A stretch of DNA of 64,000 nt from Camelus dromedarius (GCF_036321535.1 NC_087447.1:48858001-48922000), one strand, 5' to 3'. Positions 26,101-39,205 are shown, counted from the stretch's first letter. Notes: generated from the letters alone by a model not told the origin. Numbers and translations are program-made.

Positions 26101-27427
26101 TCACACACAGTGCACACTGCACATGGCTGGCATGGAGTAAATGCTCCAAAAACAGTTGTGGCTATGTTTTGTGTAAATCCCCTCTTCCCAGACAGACTGT
26201 GAGCCCTTGGAGGGCTGTGCTGGGGTCTTTTTCCTTGTGCCCCCTCAGACCCAAATGGTGCCAGGCACCCAAGGGTTTTGTTTTTTTTTTTTTAACCCTG
26301 TACCCATTGACCAAATGACGGAAGAATCTGCTAACCTGAGGGAGGGAAGAAGGCGAGGATTTGCCATTTGGTGTTTTCACGCGGGTGAGATCATAAATGA
26401 TGAATCACGTGTAATTGGATGCTGAGTCTCTGCGTGGTTTCCAATTTGTGATCTCATTTTATTCACACAACCCCTGCCCCCTGCCAACATCATGTTTTGT
26501 GGGAAGATATGGAGACACAGGGATGGGTCGCCCCAATTTCCAGATGAGAAAACTGAGCTTAGGAGAGGCTGAGCGACTTATCTGGGCCACCTGGCAGTTA
26601 CTGCCATGGCTGGGGCTTCTTCCTTCCAGCCCGAGGGTTTCTGCAGGAGTCCAGAGGTAAGTCTTGGTTGCTCAGGTTGTATGGGGCCGAGACCCACTGA
26701 TCATTGTGGGTACATGCAGGCGTGGTGAGGGAGCACAGGACTTCTCAGGTGGAATGGCCTTTTTGAAATCAGTGTCTAAATGGTGCCTCTACTGGCCCAG
26801 CAGCTCCTCCAGTGCCCTCCAGAGGTGCAGCCTCAGCTCCCCCTTAGCCTCTTCTAGTCCTGTGACTCAGCCTCCCGTGCTCTCTGCTGCCTACTCTTTC
26901 CTGCCTGCTTTCTGGGCCTCCTATTTAAACCCCCTAAAAGGCAGAATCTGTTACCGAGGCAAGCATTTAGTTTGCAAGGAGCACAGGCTCTCTCAGGCCA
27001 TCTTAGGAAGATTTTCTTAGGTCAGGGGATGCATGGTCTGGATCTGGGAAAAGCTCGGACACTAAGGCAGTCTTCTACAAGCTCCATCCTCCTCCACTCT
27101 CACTTGCCCAGTGCTCTGACCAGCCCTATCCAGAATCCTGGAGGGAACATGCAGACAGCCCGAGCTATTCACTGTTGGTGAGCTAAGCACCTCACCAGGT
27201 GACCCTTCTCAGAGGCCACCTTGGGGCCCAGGGAACCTATGAGCTCGTACTCTTCCTGCCTCTGCTTGGATCAGCGGTCTTCCCTGGGCAAACACCTGCC
27301 CAGCAATGCTTCCTCAAAAGGTCACAGGGTAGCTGTGTCACCAGAAGAAAATGCTGGGCAGGCATGGCAGGACTGCAAACATCCTTACTATCCTCAGACT
27401 GGCTTTTCCTCGTCTTACCCTGGGGTG

Positions 27428-27441
27428 CCACTAGGGGGCAG
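27428..27441 (+). promoter_or_regulatory. Candidate CTCF binding site
   Basis: CCACTAGGGGGCAG fully matches the CTCF core consensus CCASYAGRKGGCRS. Confidence 0.6.
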
Positions 27442-30400
27442 GATTCCCAGGCCGGGGCACCTCATAGAGAACTAATCTCTCTGAGGTCCAGCCTAGAGAT
27501 GGCTGTTTTCCCCTGAGATGTGGCTAGGGTAGAAGGGGCATATAAGTCAAACCTGGCAATGTACATGTCCAGAGTAGCCATTTTCCTCAGAAAGGGCTAT
27601 GCACGTAGCACGCTCTCTGAGGCAGGCAATGACCCTCTCTTGCAGAGGGACCTCTGAGTGGGAGCCAAGTGAAACAGCCAGTGACTCCCTGGGTCCACAG
27701 TCAGAGCCCTGTCAGCCTACAAGGTGTGTGACAGATTGGGACTCAGGGCAAGTGTTGCCTCATGCTGTTCTGGAAAATTCTACGCAGCAAGTGGGGAGGT
27801 GCAGATGGGGTGAAGTGCCCTGTGGGTGTGGAGGGATGGCTGGAGTGAATGTGCAGGCCTCCTATAGGCCTACCTGGAATGAGCCTGTTGCAGTGTAGAA
27901 TTCACGGTGATGTCAAAAGAGGAAGAAATGGTACACAGGTCCCCATACTGGGTGGGCCTGGGGAGCTAGAGACCACAGGAGGGCCATACCCAGGGGCTGT
28001 TGTGAGGGACCCAGCACAGTCAGGCCCCCCGAAGGGAGGTCTCGAGTCTTCGCACTGCTGACCACCACTAGCCCTTCCTGCTATAGCCCCGAATGGGGCG
28101 TGTGTGAGGACCAGGAAGAAGATTTTAGCTCTGGCTTTACTTTCCCCTTCTAGGAAAGGGCATTTAAGTCTGGTTCAGTCGATTCATGGGAGGATTAGGG
28201 AGAGACGAGAGAAGCTACCTAGTAGGCTGCGTCCAGGCTTTGCTATGACGCTAAGAGGACTGGGATCCACCTGCTGAACATCTCCAGGGGATGCCCCTAA
28301 ACCCAACTGAAAGCGAGGCACTGCAGGGCAATGTGGTGTTTCTGGTCATGGTACTCCCCAGGGCCTTCTTAGCTCTGATCCATGGGAATATCTAGAACAA
28401 GAGGCTTCTAGAAGCAAGTGACTGGCTTCTTACAGGCTGTCCCCACTGATTTAGAAGGAACCCAAGGTACCCTGAGGCAACATGGGGAGGCTCTGGTCCC
28501 AACTTTACTGGGTGACCTCAGATAAGTTATTATCTCTCCCAAGACTTGGTTTCTTCAACTGTCATCTGGGAAAAACAATATGTATTCTGTTCTGTGAGTT
28601 TATATGAAAACACCCTGAATACAGCAGAGCTCTGTGCAGATCTTGCCATTAGACTGTAATGGAACTTACCAGAAAGCAGGAGCCTGATTGTCCAGTTCAT
28701 CTTTGTGAACTCAGTGCCTGGCATGCAACAGGTGGTCAGTAAATCTTTTCTAAATAAACCAACAATGGAAAAGGAGCATTTTTGAGACTCTATTTGGGTC
28801 ATTCCAACAGCCAGCAGAAGGGGAGGCCGAGGGGCCTGTTGTAAAGGGCATCGGGCTGGCAGATCTGAGTTCTAGCCCAGTCCTGCCACTGGCTTGCTGA
28901 GGAACCTGGGACAAGTCACACCACCAGTCAAGGCCTCGGTTTCCTCATTTGCTCAATGAAGGGGTTGGACAAGAGAAGCCCTCAGGCTGCTTCTAGGCTC
29001 TGAGGTCCCAGGGATTTGCTGGGAGGTGAACACAGGCTCACCCTCACCTGGATCCTTGATGACCCTGGAGCCACTCTCCTGGCCATGTCCTCCTCCCCTC
29101 CTGTTTTCTTTCTTCATCTTCTTAATATTTTTTTTTTACTCTGATGGGTTATTTTCTTTTTCAGGAGTTTAAACACTGCTCTGGTCTTTCTGTACATATG
29201 TGTCCTACCCCCTTTCCATGACCTCCACCCCGATTTGGGGAGCTCCCTGTGGGCAGCGCTGCCTCCTCCAAGCACTTTATAGGCAGGACTGTCTCACCTC
29301 CTCAGCCCGCACATCCCCCTCCCCGCCCCCATCAGATAGGGACAAGCCTCATCTTCTCCCTTGGATAGGACCCAGGGCTGTGGCCGCCCTCACGATGGGT
29401 GGGGGGAGGGCAGAGTGACACACTTGCTGACAGACCAAGGCGGCGCTCTGAGGGGAACGGGCCAGCAGCCGCAAAGGTGCAGCCTGTGCCAGGTGGGCCT
29501 TGCCAGCTGGAGCTATTTTTAGAAGCCGTGTTTGCAAATTTTGTGTTAATAGTGGCTCTGTCCAAGCTTTGGCTCCCAGGGCTGAGGGAGGGAGGGAGTC
29601 TTTGAGAAACCTGCCCTCCCTCCTTGTTCCCCTCCTCATTAGTGCTTTTCTCTTCACAGGTGCCTGGGATCAGTGGGGAACTTTCATCCAGGTTGGAGCC
29701 CTCCCCAGCCAGCCGTCTGCAGACACAAGGCAAATGGGGGTGGGGGTGGGAGTCAGGGAGAGGGAGGTAGAGAGGCTTACAGCTCAGGTTGCTAGAGGCC
29801 CAGTCTCCAAGGGAGAGGCCCCTGGCCACAGGACCCCTCTGTCAGTGCTCATGTCACTGGACAGAAATTGTTTCCTGGTCTGTCACCCACCGAGGTGGTG
29901 ATCTCAGGCCCCCACCAGGCTCTGTATCTCTCTGATGGCAGCCACCCTCACCCAAAGTCTCCTGCCAGTTCTTCACTGAGCCTGTGCTGGCCTAGGCTGA
30001 GTTCTGATCTGGAGGCATGGAAGGAAATACTACTCAAAGTATGTATCTTCTAAGGGTCAGCTCATGAAGGGAGGGGACTGGCGGCAGAGAGGTGAGCAAG
30101 GCCCATACGGTCCCAACCTCAGGGGCCCCAGTCTGGCAGAAAAGGCTACGGCCTTGAGCAGATCATTACCACTGTGGTTGGAAGAGACAGTGCTGCCCAC
30201 AGGGAGCTCCCCAAATCGTGGTAGGGGTAGGGGGTGGGTGGGACATTACTGAAAGAGAAGTGATGGGTACTGGGAGAGTTCAACCTGCTGTGAGCTGACA
30301 GCTGAAGGATGAGAAGTCAGGTGAAAAGTGGGTGGAAGGAACATCCACATAGCAGGAACAAGTTCTCATCACAGGAGGCCTAAGTGTAAAGGCCCAGAGC

Positions 30401-31089
30401 TTGAGCCTAAGGTTCAGTGATTCTGGGACCTGAGTGGCCAGGGGATCCTTCCAAGCACAGAGACTCCCATGGAAGAGGCTCCAATATTTCTCTGATCCCC
30501 ACCCACCTACACAGACCTGCACCCTTGCAGGCACATGCACTACCTCACCCCACCCCCATGTACAGCCCAGTCTGGAAGGTGCCGTCCCTGCAGGGCAGTG
30601 CCACGGGTGCACAACCAGGGGATCCTAGAGACCCGGGCCTGGAAGGGACCTCAGGGAGCCACACGACTCCTGGTTAGGGCTCTGCTTGAATACCCCAGCG
30701 CTGGGCAGTGCACTCTGATCAGCAGCTTAACAGGGAGTTAGCAGGTTCGGACCAGGAAAGTTCTTCCTACTGAAACCCACCTTTCTGTTACTCCCAGTTG
30801 TCCCTAGCCCTGCTCTCCCTATGCTGGGAGGCAGCCTCCTGTAACTTCTGGAGTCACACTCTTGGATTCCAGGCCTGGCTCTTTTAGACCTGTGTGAAAT
30901 TGGGCAAGATGCTCAAACTCTCCGGGCTTCATCTGTAAAATGGGGCTATTAACAGACTTAAGAGAAATAAAATGAAGTGGGAAAAGCTTTCGCCCAGGGC
31001 CGGGAATACAATAAGCGCTCAATAAATATTCTTAGTGATTACGACTAGGTTACCATCATTATCATGTAATACAAGGGGACACTGAGGCC

Positions 31090-32170
31090 CCGAGGGGTAA
31101 GGGACCGGCCCAAGGTAGCCCCCAGAGGAGCGTTGGGGGTGAGGGCCGCAGACCGAGGAGCAGGCCGGGCGGGGGCGAGCGGTCGTGGCCTCAGGGGCCC
31201 TCTCGTGGCTCGGCCCCCCTCGCCGCCCGGGCACCACTCGGCTGCCGCGCTTTACGAGCAAAAACAAACACGTCCCACAAGCGGCCCCTGTGCGGCGCGG
31301 CCCCGAGCCCGCCAGCGCCGCCGCCGCCCGGTCAAAGCCGGCTTTGTGCCCGCGCCGCCGCCCCCGCGGCCCAGGCGATTTTAATTAGTGTCTGGGTCTG
31401 CGCCGAGAGATGGGAATCAAAGCCCCCGTTCTTCCAGCGTCCCCGCCCCGACCCCCGCCTCCTGCCTCCTGGATCCCCCGGGCTCCGCGTACCCCTGCTG
31501 GCGGCCGCAGGAAGTGGAGCCTTCCCGGGCAACCGCCTCGAGTTCGAGTCTCGCCTTTTACGACAGAGGGACGTGAGGCACGTTATTCGTGCTCCGAGCC
31601 TCAGTTTCCCCCAATAATAATACTCATCTGGTCAGCCAGCCCTTAACACGTTAGTGGAAGGGGTTACGTAAGAAAATAGGAGGACTAGCCCTGGGGCAAG
31701 GCACCGAAAACCCTTCTTAGGGGATAGGAGGCTGCGTCTTAGGTAAGTTGAGGTGTTCACGGCGGGGACAGAAAACGCAGCCCTGGCAGAGGGAACAGGC
31801 TCGTAAAAGGCGGGCTTGTCGCATCCTCCAGAGGTGGGCCGCGGAGTTCGGACTTTTCATCTGTGTGGAAGGTGTTTGAGGTGGGGAGTGAGAAGGTCAT
31901 ATTGGCTCTGCGGAGAGTTCACTCGGACTGCCCTGTAAAGGAGGGGTTGAAGGGTTGGGGCTGGAGGCAGTGGCTTGGGATGAGGTTTCACACGGGACGA
32001 AGTCTGATACGGGCTGAGGCAGCCGCCAGAGGAATGGGGGGGGGGGGGAGGGGGAGAGGGGCCCTTGAGGGGGAAGGCTGCATCGCGGGCAGTGTTCTGC
32101 TACGAGGTTTTGACCCTTACGCTCTTGAGGGTTTCTTAAAGGGTAGCCTGGACTTTCGCGTCTACCTGGG
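31090..32170. promoter_or_regulatory. CpG island (dense core ~31130-31600) with no associated coding exon
   Basis: Very high CpG/GC density against a CpG-depleted background; GC boxes (CCCCGCCCC ~31441), ETS-like GCAGGAAGTG ~31507, FOX-like AAACAAACA ~31262. Confidence 0.85.
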
Positions 32171-32300
32171 GTGCTTGTTTAAAATGCCCAAACCTGGACC
32201 TACTCCACACCTGCTGAATCAGAACGGGCTTGGGTCCCAGAATCCACATTTCGAACAATCCCCATGTTGATTCCGGTATGTGAATGTGGGATGTGCGGAG
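32125..32300. mobile_element. MER5-like hAT-Charlie DNA transposon relic
   Basis: acctggggtgcttgtttaaaatgc...acctgctgaatcagaa...cccagaatccacattt. Confidence 0.55.
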
Positions 32301-33284
32301 GCTGAATGAGCCATGGTCTGTAGGAAACAAATGAATCTTTGGTCTCCATTACCCCAGCACCATGACTGAGGTGGGATACTTGGCTCCACTATTGAGCCCC
32401 AGTTTCCTCGTAGAGCAGCGTGTCTTTCAATGGACCTCCATGTCCTTGCCCATAAAATAGGCACAGCCTCTCTCATCTCTTTTTGGGCTTTAGGAGGACC
32501 AAAGGTGCCCTTGCTTGGGAAAGGCCATTAGAGGCAAGAAAACTCTAAACAGTCCCCTCTTCTACATGCTGCCATTAACTCGTCTAAAGCCATATTTGTG
32601 CATGACTGCTGTTGCTCAACATCTTTCTGTGGCTCCCAATTGCCTTCAAAATAAAACTCTTGACTCCTCAGCCTGGTGTTCCAGATTGGGTCCTGGCCAC
32701 ACCTGCAGCCTCCTTTCTCACAGTCCCCCAGCTTGGTCTGAAACAACCCTCTATCCCGAACACCTGTGCTTTCTTGCTTCCTTGCCTTTGTCCCAGCTGG
32801 ACATGCCCTTCCTCCCCACTCCTTCCACCTCCCCCATTTTCTATTGATTTCTTTATAACCCTGTTGAAGGGCTGCCTCTTCCATTCCTGCCCCACCCTAC
32901 CCCCTGCCCCAGTCTCCTGTGAACTATTCCAGCATGCCCTAGTCCTCTGTTAGAGCACTAACAACCTTCTACACTGATTAAGATCTTGGGTTTGCAGTTT
33001 GATAAACCTTGTTTGTTGCCACGACTCTACCATTGTGTGACCTTGGGCAAGTCCCTTAACCTCTATTTCCTTGTGATTATTGAGGGGATTCAAGGACATT
33101 AGGAAAAGGGAAGGTACTTGGGGCAGTCAATGCAGTGTCATAATTAAGACTGTGGACTCTGAACTAGAGTACATTTGTTTGAAACCACATTCTCCTCCAC
33201 TCATTGGCAGTATGGCTTTGGGTAAGATTACTAAATCCCCTCTTTGCTGCAGTTTCCCCAACTATAAAATTTGGATAATATTAA

Positions 33285-34280
33285 TGTGACAGACAGACCC
33301 TAGGGTGGCCCCCATGATGTTCACACCCATGTAATCGTTCTATTTGAGTGTGAGTGGAACCTGTGATTTTTTTCTGGCCAGTGGAGTACGGCAGAGGTGA
33401 AGGGATTTTTGCAGATTAATTCAGATTCCAAATCAATTGATATTTGAGTTACTTAAAAGGAAGATTATCCTGCTAGGCCTGATTTAATCAAGTGAAAGTT
33501 CCTAAAAGAGGAACCAGACCCTCCTTGGAGTCATAGACTCTGTTCCTGACTTTTGAGAAATAAGCCATTATGTTGTGAGAGGGCTCGTGAAAAGGGCATG
33601 TGGTGGTCTCTAGGAACTGAGAGTGGCCCCTGGTTGACTCAAGAAAACAGGGACTTCAGTTCTGCGACCACAAGGAGGTGAATTTTGCCAGCACCTTGAG
33701 GGTGCTTTGTAGTGGGTCTTTCCCCCAGTTGACTCTTTGATGAGACTGCAGCCCCTACTGACACCAGGTTTGGAGACTGGTGAGACCATAAAGCAGAGAA
33801 CCCAGTTAAGCTGTGTTCAGACTTCTGACCTATATAAACTTTGAGATAATGAATGTGTTTTTTTGAGTAAATTGATGTACAATATTTTAGTTTCGGATGT
33901 ACGACATAGTAATCTGACAGTCAAATACATTACAAAATGTATGTATATGTATAACTGAATTGCTTTGCTGTACACCTGAAACTAACATTGTAAATCGACT
34001 ACAATGCAATAAAAACAGAATTTAAAAAGATATATTACAAAATAATCACCATGACAAATCCAGTAACCATCTGTCACCACACAAAATTAGTACAGTACTA
34101 TGACTATATATTCCTTATGCTGTAGATTATGTCCCTGCAATTTACTTATAACAGGAAGTTTGAATCTCTCAATCTCTTTCACCCATTTCACCTATTTTGC
34201 CCAATACCCTACCCATAATAAATGTGCTTTAAACTGCTAAATTTATGGTAGTTTGTTACTCAGCCTAGAAAACAAATACA
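33285..34280 (+). mobile_element. MLT1E/F-like LTR interrupted by L1 3'-end fragments (~33860-34215)
   Basis: tgtgacagacagaccctagggtggcccccatgat start; resumes ataaatgtgctttaaactgctaaatttatggtagtttgtta...aaataca; internal L1 3' tail (tacacctgaaactaacattgtaaatcgactac). Confidence 0.7.
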
Positions 34281-35619
34281 AATAGTATCTACTTTATAGG
34301 GTTCTGGTAATGATTAAATTAGGTCACTAAGGTAAAGCCTTAGTCTGGTGCTAGGCTCATGGGAGATGCTCAGTAATTGGTTGCAATTAGCTGCCATTGT
34401 TATTATGTTTAGAATATAGCACTTTTCAAATTTTTAATTACCTTATTAATTTTTTTTTAAAGTAGAATTTGCAATCAGGAAACCTACATTTGAGCAAACT
34501 TGCTATGAGACCTTCACTTTGTTGGGTTATGTCTGTTAGGATACTTTAGGCTGCAAGTACAGAAACCTGACCAATAGTGGCTGTCTTAGGTTGGAATTCC
34601 TAGAAGCAGAACTTGAGACAAGGAATCTTGTGAAAGTGATGTATTAAGAAGGATTTTTGAGACAAGCCAGTAGTAGGGAAGTGTAGAAGTGGGACTGGGA
34701 GGGCAAGTATGATATCAAGCAAGTCCCACAAAGGGAATCTTTGGCTTCTTCCTGCAGAGGAGCTCTGGGGATAGCACAGATCATTCCTCAGAGCTGTACA
34801 GGTCAGTACAAGGCAGCTGGAGGACTGACATCTCCATACTCATCCGTCATTGGTTAAGGGGCACCTGTGGGTGGATGGGGGTGTAAATTCCCAGGCTTTT
34901 CAGGCTTTCCATGCTCACAGGCAAAGTGGGCTCCGGCAGCCTGAGGGCCATCTTCTGACAAGGAGAAGCAGGTGCTGGCTGTTGGGAGTGAAAGCACTCT
35001 GGGAGCCGGCAAGTATGAAAATGCTAAAGGGATGAGAGGGTCATTGGCAGTACTGCTACAGTGGCCTAAGTTATAAGGACATCTGTTGTTTTCTTAACAA
35101 AAAATGTAGGTGGTCCCCAGATGGGCTCAGTGTGGGGTCATTGGTGTCATCAAGGACTCAACTCTGTACAGCCTTCCTCAACATTGCTGACTTTCATAAT
35201 CCTTGGCCTCATGGTTACAAGATGGCTGCTACAGCTCCATGTCTCATGTCCGTAGCATTTGAAGCAGGAAGCAGTGAAAAGTTTTTCTCCTCATGTGACT
35301 CTCTACTATGTGGAAGAAAATCTCCCTGCCCTCTGTAACACCCCACCAGAAATGGGGTCATGTGCCCAGTTCTAGACAGTCTCCAGCAGAAAGAGTTGGG
35401 TTGCCAAAGTTGACTTAGATCAGTCATGGTTTGCTCTAGATGCTGAGCACCCATCCAAATAGGGTTCTGTTGGCAAAGAGGAGGTTGGGGAATGGCTGCT
35501 GGGTGGGCAGCCAAAAGTATCTGCCATAGAACATCACTTTTCCTCATTTGTGAAAGAGGAACCTGCCTCTGAGATTCCTGGTGAGGATGAAATGAGAGGA
35601 CTTCAATGGCTGTGCATAT

Positions 35620-36480
35620 CCACATTGTTTCTACTTTGTTGCACTGTGAGCTCCTTGAAGGTAGAAGCCATCATGACTGACTCGCCTTTGCTTCCCTTGA
35701 TTCTACCGTGGAAATGATGTTTAACCCCATCTACTTCTCTCCATCTCTGTTGCCACTCCTTAGTCCAGACTGCCATCATCTCTCTCATGATAGCTGAGAT
35801 AAATTACTCACCGATGGCTTTGCTTCCATTCTTGGCTCCTTCTAAGGCTTTTTCTCCCACAGAAGCCTGAGGGATCTTTGTAAAACCCAAATCTGATTGA
35901 GTCATCTCTTTGCTGAAAAAATGGTGGTGATGTTTAGAATAATGACTGGTTTGGAGTAGGCCCTGGCCAATCAGAATAAGCACCAGCATTGACAGCCACG
36001 CCAGGACATCCTCCCTGAGCACTATCCCTGTTCTCAGGGCCCTGGAAGAGCTGGCCTCTGCCTACCTCTCTGGGCTTTTCTCTAGAGACTGTCCTCCCCA
36101 CTCCCTGCTGCTGTCCAGCCACCTCCACTGCCCAGCCCGACTCTCTTGCCAGGCTGATCTGCTTGTGCTTCCCCAGATGTACCATCTTACTGGTCTCCAG
36201 GCCTCCGAGTATGCCGTTTCCTAGGACTGGAACATGATTTCTCCACTCTCTTTGGCTACTTCCTTAAGTCTCTATTTGGGTGTCCCCTCCTCAGTGTGCT
36301 TTTTCTGAAACCCCTCTCCCCCCAACATGGTTGCTCACAGCTCCCCCAATGCTTTCTTCTGTTGGAGTGCTTGTCACTCTCAACTGTCATGTTTATGTCT
36401 CTTTCTCCGTCACCAGACTGGCATCTTTTTGAGGGTACAGTGGGACACAGAGGACAGTTATATGACCGGTGCTGGTAGTA
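35620..36480 (+). mobile_element. L2 LINE fragment(s)
   Basis: ctacttctctccatctctgttgccactccttagtccagactgccatcatctctc...ccacagaagcctgagggatcttt pattern. Confidence 0.55.
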
Positions 36481-36899
36481 ATGGGTAGTGATAGTGGTGG
36501 TGATGGTGGAGGGCAGGGCCACTACTCTTAGATCCAGGCAAGGGGGACCCTCCTTCTGGCCCATACCCTCTAGAGAGCCCCACTCTGACCTGCTTCCAGC
36601 TGCACCCCTAACCATATAGCACAAGGAGTCTGTGGGACCAAGGGGTTGCATGCCCCCCACTTCGCTCCTAGGCCAGAGAACCCAGGATTCTGGAATTCTC
36701 TGTCCAGACAGCCTGAGTCTGCTTCCAGGACTGTGCAGTCCTCTCCCCCAGGTCTGTTTTCTAAGCTTCAGGGGTAGTTTGCCCAGGGAGTGGGGAGGGA
36801 AGAGGGGCATTTGTATGAAGCTTGGATATTTCTCTGGTTACTATTGCTGCATAACAGATTACTCCAGAACTTAGCTTACAATGACTATTTCTGGAGGGG

Positions 36900-38722
36900 A
36901 TTTTAAATATTTTTAATTGAAATATAGTTGATGTACAATATTATGTTAGTTTCTAATATACTACATAATGATTTGACTTTTGCATACCACGGTAAGTCTA
37001 GTAACCATCTGTCCCCGTATACAGTTATTACAATGTTGTTGACTGTATTCCTTATGCTGTATATTACATCCCCTGGCTTATTTATTATATAACTGGAGAT
37101 TTTTTACCTCTTAATCCCTTACAACTACTTCGCCCAACCTTCACCCCACTTCCCTCCCTTCTGGCAACCACTCATTTGTTCCCTGTATCTGTGAGTCTAT
37201 TTTTCTTTCATTTGTTTATTTCTTTAGAATCCACATATAAGTGAGATCAGGCAGTATTTGTGTCTCTCTGTCTGACTTATTTCACTTAGCATAATACCCT
37301 CTAGGTCCATTCGTGTTGTGGCAAATGGCAAAATTTCATTCTTTTTCATGGCTAATATCCCATTGTATGTGTGTATATATGTATCATATATATATTTATA
37401 TATACATCTCTATCACATCTTCTTTATCCATTAATCTGTCAATGGACACTTAAGTTGCTTCCATATCTTGGCTATTGAAAATAATGCTGTGGTGAGACAC
37501 AGAGAACAGACTTATGGTTACTAGGGGGAAAAGGGGGTAGGAAGGGATAAACTGAGAGTTCGGAATTTGCCCCTTTTGGGGAGTGATACATGTGTAGTTT
37601 ATTGTACAGAAATTATACCACAATAAAGTTGTTTAAAAAAATAATGCCATGATGAACATTGGTGTGCATGTATCTTTTCAAATTAGTCTTTTTGTTTTCT
37701 TTGGATAAATACCCAGAAGTGGAATTGGCAGTTCCTATGGTAGTTCTATTTTTAATTTTTTCAGGAATGTCCATAATGTTTTGCACAGTGGCTGCATGAA
37801 TTTACAGTCCCCACCAGCAGTGTAAGGAGTTCCCTTTTCTCCACATCCTCACCAACACTTGCTATTTGTTGTCTTTTTGATAATAGCCATTCTGACAGGT
37901 GTGAGGTGATATCTTATTGTGGTTTTGATTTGCATTTCTTTCCCTGATGGTTACTGATGTTGAGCATCTTTTCGTTTGTCTCTTGGCCATCTGTATATCT
38001 TCTTTGGAAAAAGTGTCTATTTAGGTCATCTGCCCATTTTTAAATTGGGTTGTTTGTTTTTTTTGATGTTGAGTTTTATGAGTTACTTTTATATTTTGGA
38101 TATTAACTCCCTATCAGATATATCATTTGCAAATATCTTCTCCCATTCAGTAGGCTGCCTTTTCATTTTGTTGGTAGTTTCCCTTGCTGTGCAAACACTT
38201 TTTAGATTGATGTAGTCACATTTGTTTACTTTTGCTTTTGTTTCCCTTGCCTGAGGAGACATATCTGAAAAAATATTGCTAAGACTGATGTCAAAGAGCA
38301 TACTGCCTATGTTTTCAAGGAGCTTTATAATTCCAGGTCTTACATTTAAGTCTTTAATACATTTTGAGTTAACTTTTGTGTATGGTGTGAAAAAGTAGTC
38401 CAGTTGATTCTTTTGCATGTGACTGTTCAGATTCCTCAACACTATTTATTGAAGAGGCTGTCTTTCCCCCATTGTATAGTCTTGCCTCCTTTGTCTCGAT
38501 CAATTCCCCATATAAATGTGGGTTCATTTCTGAACTCTCTGTTCTGTTCCATTGATCTATGTGTCTATTTTTGTATCAGGACCATGCTATTTTGATTACT
38601 GTAGCTCTGTAGTATAGTTTGAAATCAGAGCCCGTGACACCTCTAGTTTTGTACTTCTTTCTCAAAACTGTTTTGGTTATTCAGGGTCTTTTGAGTTCCC
38701 ATACAAACTTTAGAATTACTTG
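36900..38722 (-). mobile_element. 5'-truncated L1 (ORF2 C-terminus + 3'UTR) inserted into a MaLR LTR
   Basis: Minus-strand ORF 38089..38442 (TPYTKVNSKCIKDLNVRP...KRQPTEWEKIFAN) typical of L1 ORF2; LTR sequence on both sides. Confidence 0.9.
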
Positions 38723-39205
38723 TAAAGCAACTATTTTTTTTAATGCTCATGAATTCTGTGGGTTAGGAATTTGGACAGGGCACAATGGGAATGGTGCGTC
38801 TCTGCTTCATGATATGTGGGGGGAAGACTGGCAGGGAAGACTCAGTAACTGGGGTGTGGAAGCATCTGGAGGGGTCTTTATCTGTGCATCTGATGGCTGA
38901 TGTTGATGGTTGGCTGGGAGGTCAGTGGGGGCTGTTGACTGGAGCATCTGTCTGTGGCCTCTCCATGTGCTCTGGGCTTCCTCACAGTGTGGTGGCCTCA
39001 GAGCAGTTGGACTTCTTAGAGCAAGTATCTCAGTAAGCAGAGCAGTGGCTGCATTGCCTTTTCTGTCCTGGCCTTGGAAGTCACCCAGCAAAATCTGTTG
39101 GTTACAGGTGAATAACAGTCCACCTAGACTTAAGGGGAGGGGACATGGGCCACACCTCTCCATGAGAGGAGTATAAAAGCATTTGTGGACTGTTTTAAAA
39201 CCACT
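38723..39205 (-). mobile_element. MLT1-family (MaLR) LTR remnant, continuing from ~36830-36890
   Basis: gctcatgaattctgtgggttaggaatttggacagggcaca...; left piece tattgctgcataacagattactccagaacttagcttaca. Confidence 0.65.
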
